This document shows positions 19,797 through 29,218 of a DNA stretch of 56,489 bases, one piece after another. The position numbers and the translations under genes are program-made. Origin of the DNA: Actinomycetota bacterium (lineage in GTDB: Bacteria > Actinomycetota > Actinomycetes > S36-B12); the NCBI GenBank assembly GCA_029978585.1, contig JAPOJD010000001.1:1-56489 (forward strand). The letters run 5' to 3'. The notes beneath the pieces are model-generated. The model was not told where the DNA came from. It made no database searches and saw only the letters and a program-made list of their open reading frames with translations. Numbering within the stretch: position 1 is the stretch's first letter; each line of letters begins with the position of its first letter.

Positions 19797-20971
19797 AGGT
19801 CGGGCTCGTCTGCCCCTACGCCTGGGACGTCCCCGGCGGTGTCCAGGCCCATGTGCGCGACCTCGCCGAGACGCTCATCGACCTCGGACACGAGGTGAGC
19901 GTCATGACACCGGTCGACGACCCCGCGACTCTGCCGGCATATGCCGTGGACGGGGGGCGACCCCGTGCGGTCCCCTACAACGGTTCCGTGGCACGGCTCA
20001 CCTTCGGAGTGGCCGCCACCGCCCGGGTGCGCCGATGGATCCGACGTGGCAGGTTCGATGTCCTGCACGTCCATGAGCCCGTGGCGCCGTCGCTCGGCAT
20101 CCTCGCGGTCTGGGCGGCGCGCGGACCGATCGTGGGGACGGTGCACTCGTCGATCTTCCGCTCGCGCGCACTGGTGACGGCGTACTACGTCGCGCAGACG
20201 GCCCTGGAGAAAGTCACGGCGCTCATCGCCGTCAGTGAGCACGCCCGGCGGACGATCGTGGACCATCTCGGCGGCGATGCGGTGCTCATCCCCAACGGCG
20301 TGCGGGTCCGGGCGTTCCGCGACGCGCACCCCATGTCAGGCCTTCCCGACGGCCCCAAGCTCGCCTTCCTCGGCCGGGTCCAGGAGCCGCGCAAGGGCCT
20401 CGCGGTCCTCCTGCGCGCGATGCCGGACATCCTGGCCCGCCATCCGAACGCGCACCTCCTCGTCATCGGCCCGGGAGACCTCGACGAAGTCCTCACCGGT
20501 CATCCCGAGGCCGTGCGGCAGAGCGTCGTGCCCCTGGGGCGCCTCGACGAGGTGGACAAGGCCTCCGCTCTCGCCGCGGCCGACGTCTACGTCGCACCGA
20601 ACACCGGGGGGGAGTCGTTCGGCATCGTCCTCCTCGAGGCGATGGCGGCGGGTACGCCCGTGGTTGCCAGCGACCTCGAGGCCTTCGAGCGGGTGCTCGA
20701 CGATGGGCGCGCGGGACTCACCTTCGCTGTGGGCGACAGCCGCGCGCTGGCCGTCCAGGTCTGCCGACTGCTCGACAGCGAGCAACTCAGGTCCGAGTTG
20801 TCGGTACTCGGCGGTGCCCGCGCCGACGAGTACGACTGGAACGCCGTCGCACGGGATGTCGTTGCGGTCTACGAGTCCGTGATGGCCGGATCCCAGGGCG
20901 TCACCGAGGACCTGAGAGGGCAGCTCGTGGGTCGTCTTGCTCGACCCCGCCCGTCCCGGGAGTCCACGTGA
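19793..20971 (+). CDS. pimA: Phosphatidylinositol alpha-mannosyltransferase (GT4)
   Basis: CPYAWDVPGGVQAH, PYNGSVARL, EPRKG, GGESFGIVLLEAMA. Confidence 0.9.
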   Translation: MKVGLVCPYAWDVPGGVQAHVRDLAETLIDLGHEVSVMTPVDDPATLPAYAVDGGRPRAVPYNGSVARLTFGVAATARVRRWIRRGRFDVLHVHEPVAPSLGILAVWAARGPIVGTVHSSIFRSRALVTAYYVAQTALEKVTALIAVSEHARRTIVDHLGGDAVLIPNGVRVRAFRDAHPMSGLPDGPKLAFLGRVQEPRKGLAVLLRAMPDILARHPNAHLLVIGPGDLDEVLTGHPEAVRQSVVPLGRLDEVDKASALAAADVYVAPNTGGESFGIVLLEAMAAGTPVVASDLEAFERVLDDGRAGLTFAVGDSRALAVQVCRLLDSEQLRSELSVLGGARADEYDWNAVARDVVAVYESVMAGSQGVTEDLRGQLVGRLARPRPSREST

Positions 20972-21516
20972 CCTGGGTGTGGGTCGCGGTGCTCCTCGGG
21001 GTCCTCGCGGTGTTCGGCCTCTACCTGAGCATGACCGCCGGCCGGCTCGACCGGTTGCACCGACGCGTGGACACGTCCGCGGCGGCGCTCGATGTCCAAC
21101 TGCTCCGGCGCTCGGCGCTGGCCCTCGACCTGGCCGGGACCGGTGTCTTCGACCCGGCGACCGCGGTCGTGGTCGGGGACAGCGCCCACCGTGCCCGCGC
21201 GGCCTCGGACGACGACCAGGTGAGCCGGGGCCTGGCCGAGAGCGACCTCAGCCGGGTCCTCGGGCTGGCGCTCCCGGACGAGGAGGAGGTAGGCGAACTG
21301 CGCGAGGACCCGGACGCCCGGGGGATGCTGGACGAGATGGCCGGGGCCTGCCTCCGGGTGCAGTTGGCCCGCCGATTCCACAACGACGCCGTCCGGGCGT
21401 GCCGGCAGGTGCGCCGCCAACGCGCCGTGAGGTGGTTCCGCCTCGCGGGGCACACCCCCCTTCCGCAGACGCTCGAGATGGACGACACGCCGCCGCCGGG
21501 CCTGCCTCCTCGCTGA
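20968..21516 (+). CDS. Conserved actinobacterial membrane-anchored helical protein downstream of pimA
   Basis: N-terminal TM, RLDRLH, ARRFHNDAV, FRLAG; GTGA overlap. Confidence 0.75.
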   Translation: MTWVWVAVLLGVLAVFGLYLSMTAGRLDRLHRRVDTSAAALDVQLLRRSALALDLAGTGVFDPATAVVVGDSAHRARAASDDDQVSRGLAESDLSRVLGLALPDEEEVGELREDPDARGMLDEMAGACLRVQLARRFHNDAVRACRQVRRQRAVRWFRLAGHTPLPQTLEMDDTPPPGLPPR

Positions 21517-21537
21517 TCCGCGACGTACGGTGGTCGG

Positions 21538-22608
21538 GTGCTGTCCTCACGCCTCGTTGCCCTCGCCGTCGCCGCCGCCCTCCTCGCGGCCGGATGCTCG
21601 GGGGCCGATCAGGCGGCCGTGACCCCGAGTCCGTCCCCGACGCCCAGCCCGACCCCGAGCCCCACGCCCAGCCCGACGCCGAGCCCCACGCCCACCATGA
21701 CGCCCACGTCGCCCTATGGGATTCCCCCGGGCGCCTCCCCGCTGTCGGGCCGGCCCGGGGGAGCCGGCAAGCCGGTGCTTGCGGTGAAGATCGACAACAC
21801 CGCGTCTGCCCAGCCGCACACGGGGCTCGCTGCAGCGGACGTGGTCTATGTCCAGGAGGTCGAGGGCCAGCTCACCCGGCTCCTCGCGATCTTCTCCACG
21901 ACGTTGCCGAAGGAGATCGCCCCGGTGCGCTCAGCGCGGATCAGCGACATCGACATCCTCGCCAACTACGGCCGAGTTGCCTTCGCCTACTCGGGCGCCT
22001 CGGAGAAGACGCGTCGCCTTCTCGAGGCGGCGGACTACGTGAACGTGTCCGAGGAAGCAGGCGAGGAAGGCTGGTCGGTACAAACGTGGCGCACCGTGGG
22101 GTGGAACAACCACGTGATCGATACCGCGGCGATCATGGCTCGCGCGCCCGATGCCGCAGCGGCCAAGGACGTGGGGTTCGTCTTCTCCGAGGAGCCGCCT
22201 CCCGGTGGCCAGCCTGTTAAGGAGTTGAAGGCTGCCTACGGGGCCTCCACGGTGACCTTCACCTGGGACCCTGAGGCCGGGGGCTACCGGATCAGCATGG
22301 ACGGCTCGCCGGAGAAGTCCACCGACGACAGCGTGCCGCTCGCCGCCACCGTGGTCCTTCAGGAGGTCGTCCAGAAGGACTCCGGCCTCGGAGATCGCTA
22401 CGGCGGGATCACCCCGGAGATCGAGACGGTAGGCAAGGGCACGGCCCTGGTCTTGCGGGACGGGCGGATGTGGACGGTCACCTGGGAACGTCCCACCCCG
22501 GACTCGGTGACCAGATTCCAGATGGCGGACGGGACCCCGATGCCCTTCGCGATCGGCCAGGAGTGGATCGTGCTCCTCGACAAGGAGCGCACGCCCACCA
22601 TCAAGTAG
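21538..22608 (+). CDS. DUF3048-family lipoprotein
   Basis: Lipobox AAGC, P/S/T linker, AVKIDN..PHTGL..ADVVY..VEG..TRL, PVRSAR. Confidence 0.8.
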   Translation: MLSSRLVALAVAAALLAAGCSGADQAAVTPSPSPTPSPTPSPTPSPTPSPTPTMTPTSPYGIPPGASPLSGRPGGAGKPVLAVKIDNTASAQPHTGLAAADVVYVQEVEGQLTRLLAIFSTTLPKEIAPVRSARISDIDILANYGRVAFAYSGASEKTRRLLEAADYVNVSEEAGEEGWSVQTWRTVGWNNHVIDTAAIMARAPDAAAAKDVGFVFSEEPPPGGQPVKELKAAYGASTVTFTWDPEAGGYRISMDGSPEKSTDDSVPLAATVVLQEVVQKDSGLGDRYGGITPEIETVGKGTALVLRDGRMWTVTWERPTPDSVTRFQMADGTPMPFAIGQEWIVLLDKERTPTIK

Positions 22609-22641
22609 GGCGACCCAGTAGGGCGACCCAGTAGGGCGACC
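22604..22641. repeat. Triple tandem 13-mer AGTAGGGCGACCC including the DUF3048 stop codon
   Basis: Copies at 22604, 22617 and 22630 (last one partial). Confidence 0.85.
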
Positions 22642-22753
22642 GGGACCCGCGGCCCGGGGCGCGGGGTGCCACGGTGCCGGAAGGCGCCGAGGCCACTAGC
22701 ATGGCCTCACGACGTGGCGATCGGCCACGCCGTTCAGGCCCTCGGAGGATCCC

Positions 22754-23653
22754 GTGTCCACCACCTCGCAGCACCTCACCGGCACGACGCGCGTGAAGCG
22801 CGGCATGGCCGAGATGCTCAAGGGCGGCGTCATCATGGACGTCGTCACGCCTGAGCAGGCAAAGATCGCGGAGGACGCGGGCGCCGTGGCCGTCATGGCC
22901 CTCGAGCGGGTCCCGGCCGACATCAGGGCCGAGGGCGGCGTCGCGCGGATGTCCGACCCGGACATGATCCAGGGCATCATCGACGCGGTGACGATTCCCG
23001 TCATGGCCAAGGCGCGGATCGGTCACTTCGCGGAGGCCCAGGTCATCCAGTCGCTCGGCGTGGACTACATCGACGAGTCCGAGGTGCTCACCCCGGCGGA
23101 CTACGCCAACCACATCGACAAGTGGCAATTCACCGTTCCCTTCGTCTGCGGGGCCACGAATCTCGGTGAGGCGCTGCGCCGGATCACCGAGGGCGCGGCG
23201 ATGATCCGGTCCAAGGGTGAGGCCGGCACCGGCGACGTCTCCAACGCGGTCACGCACATGCGCCGCATCCGCGACGAAATCCGCCGGCTGTCCTCGCTGC
23301 CCGAAGACGAGCTCTACGTCGCTGCTAAGGAGTTGCAGGCGCCGTACGACCTCGTGGTCGAAGTCGCTCGGGCCGGGCAGCTCCCCGTTGTGCTCTTCAC
23401 CGCCGGCGGCATCGCCACGCCCGCGGACGCAGCGATGATGATGCAGCTCGGTGCCGAGGGAGTGTTCGTCGGCTCCGGGATCTTCAAGTCCGGTGATCCG
23501 GCCAAGCGCGCCGACGCGATCGTCCAGGCGACCCGCCACTACCAGGACCCTGACATCGTCGCGAAGGTCTCCCGGGGTCTCGGCGAGGCCATGGTCGGCA
23601 TCAATGTGGCCGATATCCCTGTCCACCATCGGCTCGAAGACCGGGGCTGGTGA
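22754..23653 (+). CDS. pdxS: PLP synthase lyase subunit
   Basis: [37 protein letters not shown]. Confidence 0.97.
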   Translation: MSTTSQHLTGTTRVKRGMAEMLKGGVIMDVVTPEQAKIAEDAGAVAVMALERVPADIRAEGGVARMSDPDMIQGIIDAVTIPVMAKARIGHFAEAQVIQSLGVDYIDESEVLTPADYANHIDKWQFTVPFVCGATNLGEALRRITEGAAMIRSKGEAGTGDVSNAVTHMRRIRDEIRRLSSLPEDELYVAAKELQAPYDLVVEVARAGQLPVVLFTAGGIATPADAAMMMQLGAEGVFVGSGIFKSGDPAKRADAIVQATRHYQDPDIVAKVSRGLGEAMVGINVADIPVHHRLEDRGW

Positions 23654-24261
23654 CTGCGGCGCCACGCATCGGTGTCCTCGCCATCCAAGGCGATGTCCGT
23701 GAGCACATGCGCGCCCTCGAACTCGCCGGCGCGGACCCTGTCCCGGTCGGCGATGCCAGGGGCCTGGCGGGCGTACAGGGCCTGGTCATCCCCGGCGGGG
23801 AATCCACGACGATGTCGAAGATCTCCGTGCGGGACGGGCTGATCGGCCCGCTCCGAGAGGCGCGCGCGGCGGGAATGCCGATGTACGGGTCGTGCGCCGG
23901 CATGATCATGCTGGCCGATCGGGTCCTGGACGCGCGTCCGGATCAGGAGTTCATCGGCGGACTCGACATCACCGTTCGACGCAATGCCTTCGGGCGCCAG
24001 GTCGATTCCTTCGAGGCGGATATCCAGCTGGATTCCCTCGGATCGGGGCAGCCGCTCGTTGCGGTGTTCATCCGGGCGCCATGGGTCGAGTCCGTAGGTC
24101 CGGAGGTGGAGGTCCTCGGGCGGCTTCCCTGCGAAGGGGCCCCCGATACCATCGTCGCCGTCAGGCAGGGTCCCCTCATGGCCACCGCGTTCCACCCGGA
24201 ACTCACCGGTGACCTGCGGGTTCACGCGCTCTTCGCGGGGATGGTGAGGCAGGCATCATGA
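23650..24261 (+). CDS. pdxT: PLP synthase glutaminase subunit
   Basis: IQGD, PGGEST, SCAG, RNAFGRQ, FIRAP, FHPEL. Confidence 0.95.
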   Translation: MTAAPRIGVLAIQGDVREHMRALELAGADPVPVGDARGLAGVQGLVIPGGESTTMSKISVRDGLIGPLREARAAGMPMYGSCAGMIMLADRVLDARPDQEFIGGLDITVRRNAFGRQVDSFEADIQLDSLGSGQPLVAVFIRAPWVESVGPEVEVLGRLPCEGAPDTIVAVRQGPLMATAFHPELTGDLRVHALFAGMVRQAS

Positions 24262-25016
24262 GCGGTCACTCCAAGTGGGCGACCACGAAGCACAAGAAGG
24301 CGGTCGTCGACGCCAAGAGAGGCAAGCTCTTCGCGCGTCTCATCAAGAACATCGAGGTGGCGGCTCGGCAGGGGGGCGGCGACCCCGCCGGCAACCCGAC
24401 CCTGTACGACGCCATCCAGAAGGCCCGGAAGAGCTCCGTCCCGCTCGACAACATCGAGCGAGCCGTCAAGCGCGGATCGGGTGCCGAGGCGGGCGGGGCC
24501 GACTACCAGACGATCATGTACGAGGGCTACGGGCCGCAAGGAGTGGCCGTCCTCGTGGAGTGCCTCACCGATAACCGCAATCGGGCGGCATCGGAGGTTC
24601 GGGTCGCGATGACCCGCAATGGCGGCAGCATGGCCGACCCGGGCTCCGTCTCGTACCTGTTCTCCCGCAAGGGGGTTGTCATGGTGCCGGCGGGCGATGG
24701 AGTCGACGAGGACGCCATCCTCTCGGCGGTTCTCGAAGCCGGTGCCGAAGAGGTCAACGATCTCGATGGCGTCTTCGAGGTGCTTTCGGAGGCCGGGGAT
24801 GTCGTGGCGGTGCGCACGGCACTGCAGGACGCGGGGATCGACTATGACTCCGCCGAGGCGACCTTCGTCCCGAGCGTTCAGGTGCCGGTCGACGAGGACA
24901 CCGCCCGCAAGGTCTTCCGGCTGGTGGACGCCCTCGAGGACAGCGATGACGTACAGGGCGTCTACACCAATGTGGACATCAGTGACGAGGTGCTCGCCCG
25001 CCTGGACTCCGAGTAG
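24258..25016 (+). CDS. yebC: YebC/PmpR family protein
   Basis: [24 protein letters not shown]. Confidence 0.95.
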   Translation: MSGHSKWATTKHKKAVVDAKRGKLFARLIKNIEVAARQGGGDPAGNPTLYDAIQKARKSSVPLDNIERAVKRGSGAEAGGADYQTIMYEGYGPQGVAVLVECLTDNRNRAASEVRVAMTRNGGSMADPGSVSYLFSRKGVVMVPAGDGVDEDAILSAVLEAGAEEVNDLDGVFEVLSEAGDVVAVRTALQDAGIDYDSAEATFVPSVQVPVDEDTARKVFRLVDALEDSDDVQGVYTNVDISDEVLARLDSE

Positions 25017-25054
25017 TCCGGACCGAGACGGCAACGAGCGATCACGGAGGGGCG

Positions 25055-26536
25055 ATGACCGAGGCAACGGGGCGCCAGCTGACGGGATGGGACGCGGCCA
25101 CGTGGCGCACCGCCGCGGGCGATCCATCCCTGCGCTCGACCGTCGTGGCCCTCGTGCTGCTTGACCGCGCCCCCTCGTGGAAGCGCCTGCGGGCGCGGGT
25201 CGAACGGCTGACCTGCGTCGTGCCGGTCCTGCGGCAGCGCCCCATCAGGGGCATCTTCGGAGTGGCCTCGCCGCGCCTGGCCACGGACCCCGACTTCGAC
25301 CTCGACCTTCACCTTCGTCGCATGCGCCTGCCCGGTCGAGGGTCCTGGGCGGCGCTCATGGACGAGGCCCGCCGGCTCAGCCTCACCGACTTCGATCGCG
25401 ACCGGCCGCTGTGGGAGATGGTGCTGGTCGAGGGCCTGCCCGGGAAGCGAGCGGCCCTGCTCCTCAAGTTGCACCACTCCATCGCGGACGGCCAGGCCAC
25501 GGTGCTCATCGGACTGTCCCTCTTCGAGTTGGGCCCGGAGCCCAACCCCGACGAGCCTCCGGCCCCGCCGCCACCTGACGCGAAGGAATCCTCCCAGCAG
25601 GACGTGAGCCTCGCGGACATCTCCGACAACGTTCGGCGCGGGGTCGCCGCGGCCGAGCATCTGGTCGCCGTCGTGGCCGAACTGGCGCGGGGAACCTTGA
25701 CCGATCCGGTGAGCACGTGGTCCTCGGCCTTGTCGACCCTCGCGTCCGTGGGGCGCTTCGCCGCGGTGCCGGACGGGCCGCTCTCCCCCCTCATGACCGC
25801 GCGTGGCACCACGTACCACTTCGGGGCCTTCGACCTTCCGTTCTCGGGACTTCGCTCCGCGGCCAAGAGTCGCGGACGCAGTGTCAACGATGCCTTCATG
25901 GCGGCGGTGGGACTGGGCCTGGAGCGCTACCACGTGAGGCACGGTGCCATTGCGGACGACCTGAGGTTCAACGTCCCGATCAGCCTGCGTGGGGACCCGG
26001 GCGACCGCTCCGCCCAGGCGTCCAACGCCGTCACCATCGCGCGATTCACGCTGCCGGTCGCGGGTCTCACCGTCGAGGAGCGAATGGACGCTGCCCACGC
26101 GCGAGTGGAGTCCTGGCGCCGCGAGCCCGCCTTGCGCCTGGCCGACCCATTGGCCGAGGTGAGCTGGCTGGTGCCCGTACCGGTCCTCGCCCAGGCGGCT
26201 CGCGCCAGCGACGTCACGACATCCAACGTGCCCGGGCCTCCGATCCCGCTCTATCTGGCCGGGGTGCGCATCGTGGGCATGTACCCCCTTGTCGCGACCA
26301 TCGGAGCGGCCGTCAACGTCACCATGGTGACCTATGACGGCTCGGCTTTCGTAGGCGTCTCCGCCGATGATCGAGCCGTCCCCGACCTCCAGGATCTCCT
26401 CGATGACCTGCGATCGGGCTTCGCAACCGTCTCCGACGCTCCCGTGGGCCCGACGGACCCCCTGTCCAGGCCGGGCGCCGGAGACGGCACGCCGAAGGCC
26501 CGCACGGTGCGCGAAGTGGAGCAGGGGGAGCGTTAG
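25055..26536 (+). CDS. Wax ester synthase / diacylglycerol acyltransferase
   Basis: DRDRPLWE, KLHHSIADG (HHxxxDG), SVND, SNVPGP. Confidence 0.88.
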   Translation: MTEATGRQLTGWDAATWRTAAGDPSLRSTVVALVLLDRAPSWKRLRARVERLTCVVPVLRQRPIRGIFGVASPRLATDPDFDLDLHLRRMRLPGRGSWAALMDEARRLSLTDFDRDRPLWEMVLVEGLPGKRAALLLKLHHSIADGQATVLIGLSLFELGPEPNPDEPPAPPPPDAKESSQQDVSLADISDNVRRGVAAAEHLVAVVAELARGTLTDPVSTWSSALSTLASVGRFAAVPDGPLSPLMTARGTTYHFGAFDLPFSGLRSAAKSRGRSVNDAFMAAVGLGLERYHVRHGAIADDLRFNVPISLRGDPGDRSAQASNAVTIARFTLPVAGLTVEERMDAAHARVESWRREPALRLADPLAEVSWLVPVPVLAQAARASDVTTSNVPGPPIPLYLAGVRIVGMYPLVATIGAAVNVTMVTYDGSAFVGVSADDRAVPDLQDLLDDLRSGFATVSDAPVGPTDPLSRPGAGDGTPKARTVREVEQGER

Positions 26537-26589
26537 CCTTCGCACAGGTGTTCGCATCGCTGGGCGATGCCGTCTGACCAGGAGGGCCC

Positions 26590-27114
26590 GTGCGCGTGAT
26601 GGGGGTCGACCCTGGCCTCACTCGCTGCGGCGTGGGCGTCGTCGAAGGCGAGCCCGGCCGGACCCTGCGTGCGGTGCACGTGTCCGTGGTCCGCACCTCC
26701 CCAGACCTGCCCCTGGAGCAGAGGCTGACCCTTCTCGACGAGGCCCTCGCGGGGCTCATCGCGACTCATGAGCCCGAGGCGCTAGCTGTCGAGAGAGTGT
26801 TCAGCCAGCACAACCTGCGCACCGTGATGGGAACCGCCCAGGCGGGCGCTGTCGCGATCCTGGCGGCGGGGCGCCTGGGCCTGCCGGTGTGCCTGCGGAC
26901 CCCATCCGAGGTCAAGGCGGCCGTCACGGGCAACGGGCGAGCGGACAAGGCCCAGGTCACCGCCATGGTGGCCCGGCTGCTTCACCTGCCCGGCGTCATC
27001 AAGCCGCCGGACGCGGCCGACGCCCTTGCCTTGGCCATCACCGAGATCTGGCGTGGCCAGTCGGAGCGACGGCGTGAAGCGGCCCTGGCACGGGTCTCCC
27101 ACGGGAACCACTGA
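26590..27114 (+). CDS. ruvC: Holliday junction resolvase
   Basis: [25 protein letters not shown]. Confidence 0.95.
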   Translation: MRVMGVDPGLTRCGVGVVEGEPGRTLRAVHVSVVRTSPDLPLEQRLTLLDEALAGLIATHEPEALAVERVFSQHNLRTVMGTAQAGAVAILAAGRLGLPVCLRTPSEVKAAVTGNGRADKAQVTAMVARLLHLPGVIKPPDAADALALAITEIWRGQSERRREAALARVSHGNH

Positions 27115-27704
27115 TGATCGCGTCGCTGCGCGGGATCGTCGCCGTCGTGCGGGATTCGTCGGTCATCATCGAAGTCGGCGGCGTGGGCATCCTCGCGCAC
27201 TGCACTCCCGACACTGCCCGGACCGTACGGATCGGAGAGCCGGTCACGCTTCACACCACCCTCGTCGTGCGCGAGGATTCCCTCACCCTCTACGGCTTCT
27301 CCGACGCCGATCAGCGCGACGTGTTCGAGGCCGTCCAGACGGTCTCGGGGGTGGGCCCGCGGATTGCGCTCGCGGCGCTGTCGACGCTCACGCCCGATGA
27401 CCTTCGCAGGGCGGTCTCGCGGGGCGACACCGCTCGCCTCACGACCGTGCCGGGCATCGGGCGCAAGGGTGCCGAGCGCCTCATCCTCGAACTCCGCGAC
27501 CGACTGGCCCCTCCGGCAGCGGACTCCGGCGTCTCGGCAGAAGGCTGGCGCGACGATGTCCGGTCGGGCCTGGAGTCCCTCGGATGGTCGGCGAGAGAAG
27601 CGGATGCCGCCCTCTCGGCTGTCGAGCCGCTGGCCCGAGAGCAGGGGGCACCGGATGTGGCGGCCCTTCTCAAGGCGGCATTGCAGACCCTGGACCGCGG
27701 GTGA
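27114..27704 (+). CDS. ruvA: Holliday junction branch migration protein RuvA
   Basis: [18 protein letters not shown], HhH motifs GVGPR and GIGRK. Confidence 0.95.
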   Translation: MIASLRGIVAVVRDSSVIIEVGGVGILAHCTPDTARTVRIGEPVTLHTTLVVREDSLTLYGFSDADQRDVFEAVQTVSGVGPRIALAALSTLTPDDLRRAVSRGDTARLTTVPGIGRKGAERLILELRDRLAPPAADSGVSAEGWRDDVRSGLESLGWSAREADAALSAVEPLAREQGAPDVAALLKAALQTLDRG

Positions 27705-28777
27705 ACGGCGACGATTCAGGTCTCGGTGAGGACCGACTCGTCGCCGCCGAGGCCGATCTTGACGACCGCGTCGTCGAGGGCGCGCTTCGGCCGACTCGCC
27801 TCGACGAGTTCATCGGGCAGGAGCGCGTGCGCGCGCAACTCGGCCTCGTGCTGGAAGCCGCGCGCCGTCGTGGGGGAACCGCCGATCATGTGCTGCTGTC
27901 CGGGCCCCCCGGGCTCGGCAAGACGACGCTCGCCACGATCATCGCCCGCGAGTTGGATGCGCCGCTGAGGATCACGAGTGGCCCGGCCGTCCAACACGCC
28001 GGGGACCTGGCGGCCATCCTGTCCAGCCTTCAGCCGGGCGAGGTGCTCTTCCTCGACGAGATCCACCGAACCGCCCGGCCCGCTGAGGAGATGCTCTACC
28101 TGGCAATGGAGGACTTCCGTGTCGATGTGGTCATCGGCAAGGGTCCGGGTGCCACCGCCGTGCCCCTCGAACTGCCCCCGTTCACGCTCGTCGCCGCGAC
28201 CACACGCGCGGGGCTGCTGCCCGGTCCACTGCGTGACCGCTTCGGTTTCACCGCGCACCTGGACTTCTACGACCCCGAGGATCTACTCGCGATCATCGAC
28301 CGATCCGCGCACATCATCGGGGTGTCGGTTGATCGAGCGGGCGCGCAGGAGATCGCACGGCGCTCGCGGGGGACGCCACGGATCGCCAACCGTCTGCTGC
28401 GGCGTGTGCGCGACTATGCCCAGGTGCACGGCGACGGGAGGCTCGACCTGGACACCGCTCGAGCCGCGCTGGACCTGTACGAGGTCGATGGCCTGGGGTT
28501 GGACCGCCTGGATCGCGCGGTTCTCGACGCGGTCGTGGTGAGGTTCGGGGGCGGACCCGTCGGACTGTCCACGCTCGCGGTGGCGGTGGGGGAGGAGACC
28601 GAGACCGTGGAGTCCGTCGCGGAGCCCTTCCTGGTGCGCTGCGGGCTGCTCGTGCGCACCCCGCGGGGCAGGGTGGCCACCCCGGCGGCGTGGACCCACC
28701 TCGGACTCGGCGTCCCGCCTCGGTCGGGCATTGGGGGCCAGCCCCCCTTGGACTTCGGCACCGGTGACTCGACGTGA
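27701..28777 (+). CDS. ruvB: Holliday junction helicase RuvB
   Basis: [36 protein letters not shown]. Confidence 0.97.
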   Translation: MNGDDSGLGEDRLVAAEADLDDRVVEGALRPTRLDEFIGQERVRAQLGLVLEAARRRGGTADHVLLSGPPGLGKTTLATIIARELDAPLRITSGPAVQHAGDLAAILSSLQPGEVLFLDEIHRTARPAEEMLYLAMEDFRVDVVIGKGPGATAVPLELPPFTLVAATTRAGLLPGPLRDRFGFTAHLDFYDPEDLLAIIDRSAHIIGVSVDRAGAQEIARRSRGTPRIANRLLRRVRDYAQVHGDGRLDLDTARAALDLYEVDGLGLDRLDRAVLDAVVVRFGGGPVGLSTLAVAVGEETETVESVAEPFLVRCGLLVRTPRGRVATPAAWTHLGLGVPPRSGIGGQPPLDFGTGDST

Positions 28778-28867
28778 GGTCCGCGGGGCCCGCCGGATAG
28801 GCTCAGGGGCCGTTGCGCCCGGGAACCCGGTAGCGCCCCAGCAGTGCCCGACGAGGGAGGAGGAGCG

Positions 28868-29191
28868 ATGGAAGGCCTGACCACCCTGCTGCCGATTCTC
28901 CTCATCGGCGTCGTGTTCTACCTCCTCATCATGCGCCCGGCCCGGAACCGGCAGAAGCGCCAGCAGGAGATGCTGACGACGGTGCAGCCGGGTACCCGCA
29001 TCATGACGACGGCAGGGATGTACGGAACCGTCGTCGAAGTCGAGGACGAGGACATCTCCGTGGAGTTAGCCCCCGGGGTGACGATCCGCATGGTGAAGGC
29101 GGCCATCGGCCGCGTGCTCACTGAGCCGGAGTCCCCGGAGTTGGAGCCCGGCCCCTCGTCATCTCAGAGCACGCCCGACGACCCCTCCTGA
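28868..29191 (+). CDS. yajC: Preprotein translocase subunit YajC
   Basis: TM helix then MRP..Q, TTAGMYG; GGAGGAG RBS. Confidence 0.9.
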   Translation: MEGLTTLLPILLIGVVFYLLIMRPARNRQKRQQEMLTTVQPGTRIMTTAGMYGTVVEVEDEDISVELAPGVTIRMVKAAIGRVLTEPESPELEPGPSSSQSTPDDPS

Positions 29192-29218
29192 CCCACCGCC
29201 CCTGACCAGAGGACCACA

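Noticed and set aside
18224..22641. Short repeats as a CRISPR array
   Set aside because: Units are 11-13 nt, contiguous, without spacers, and no cas genes are present
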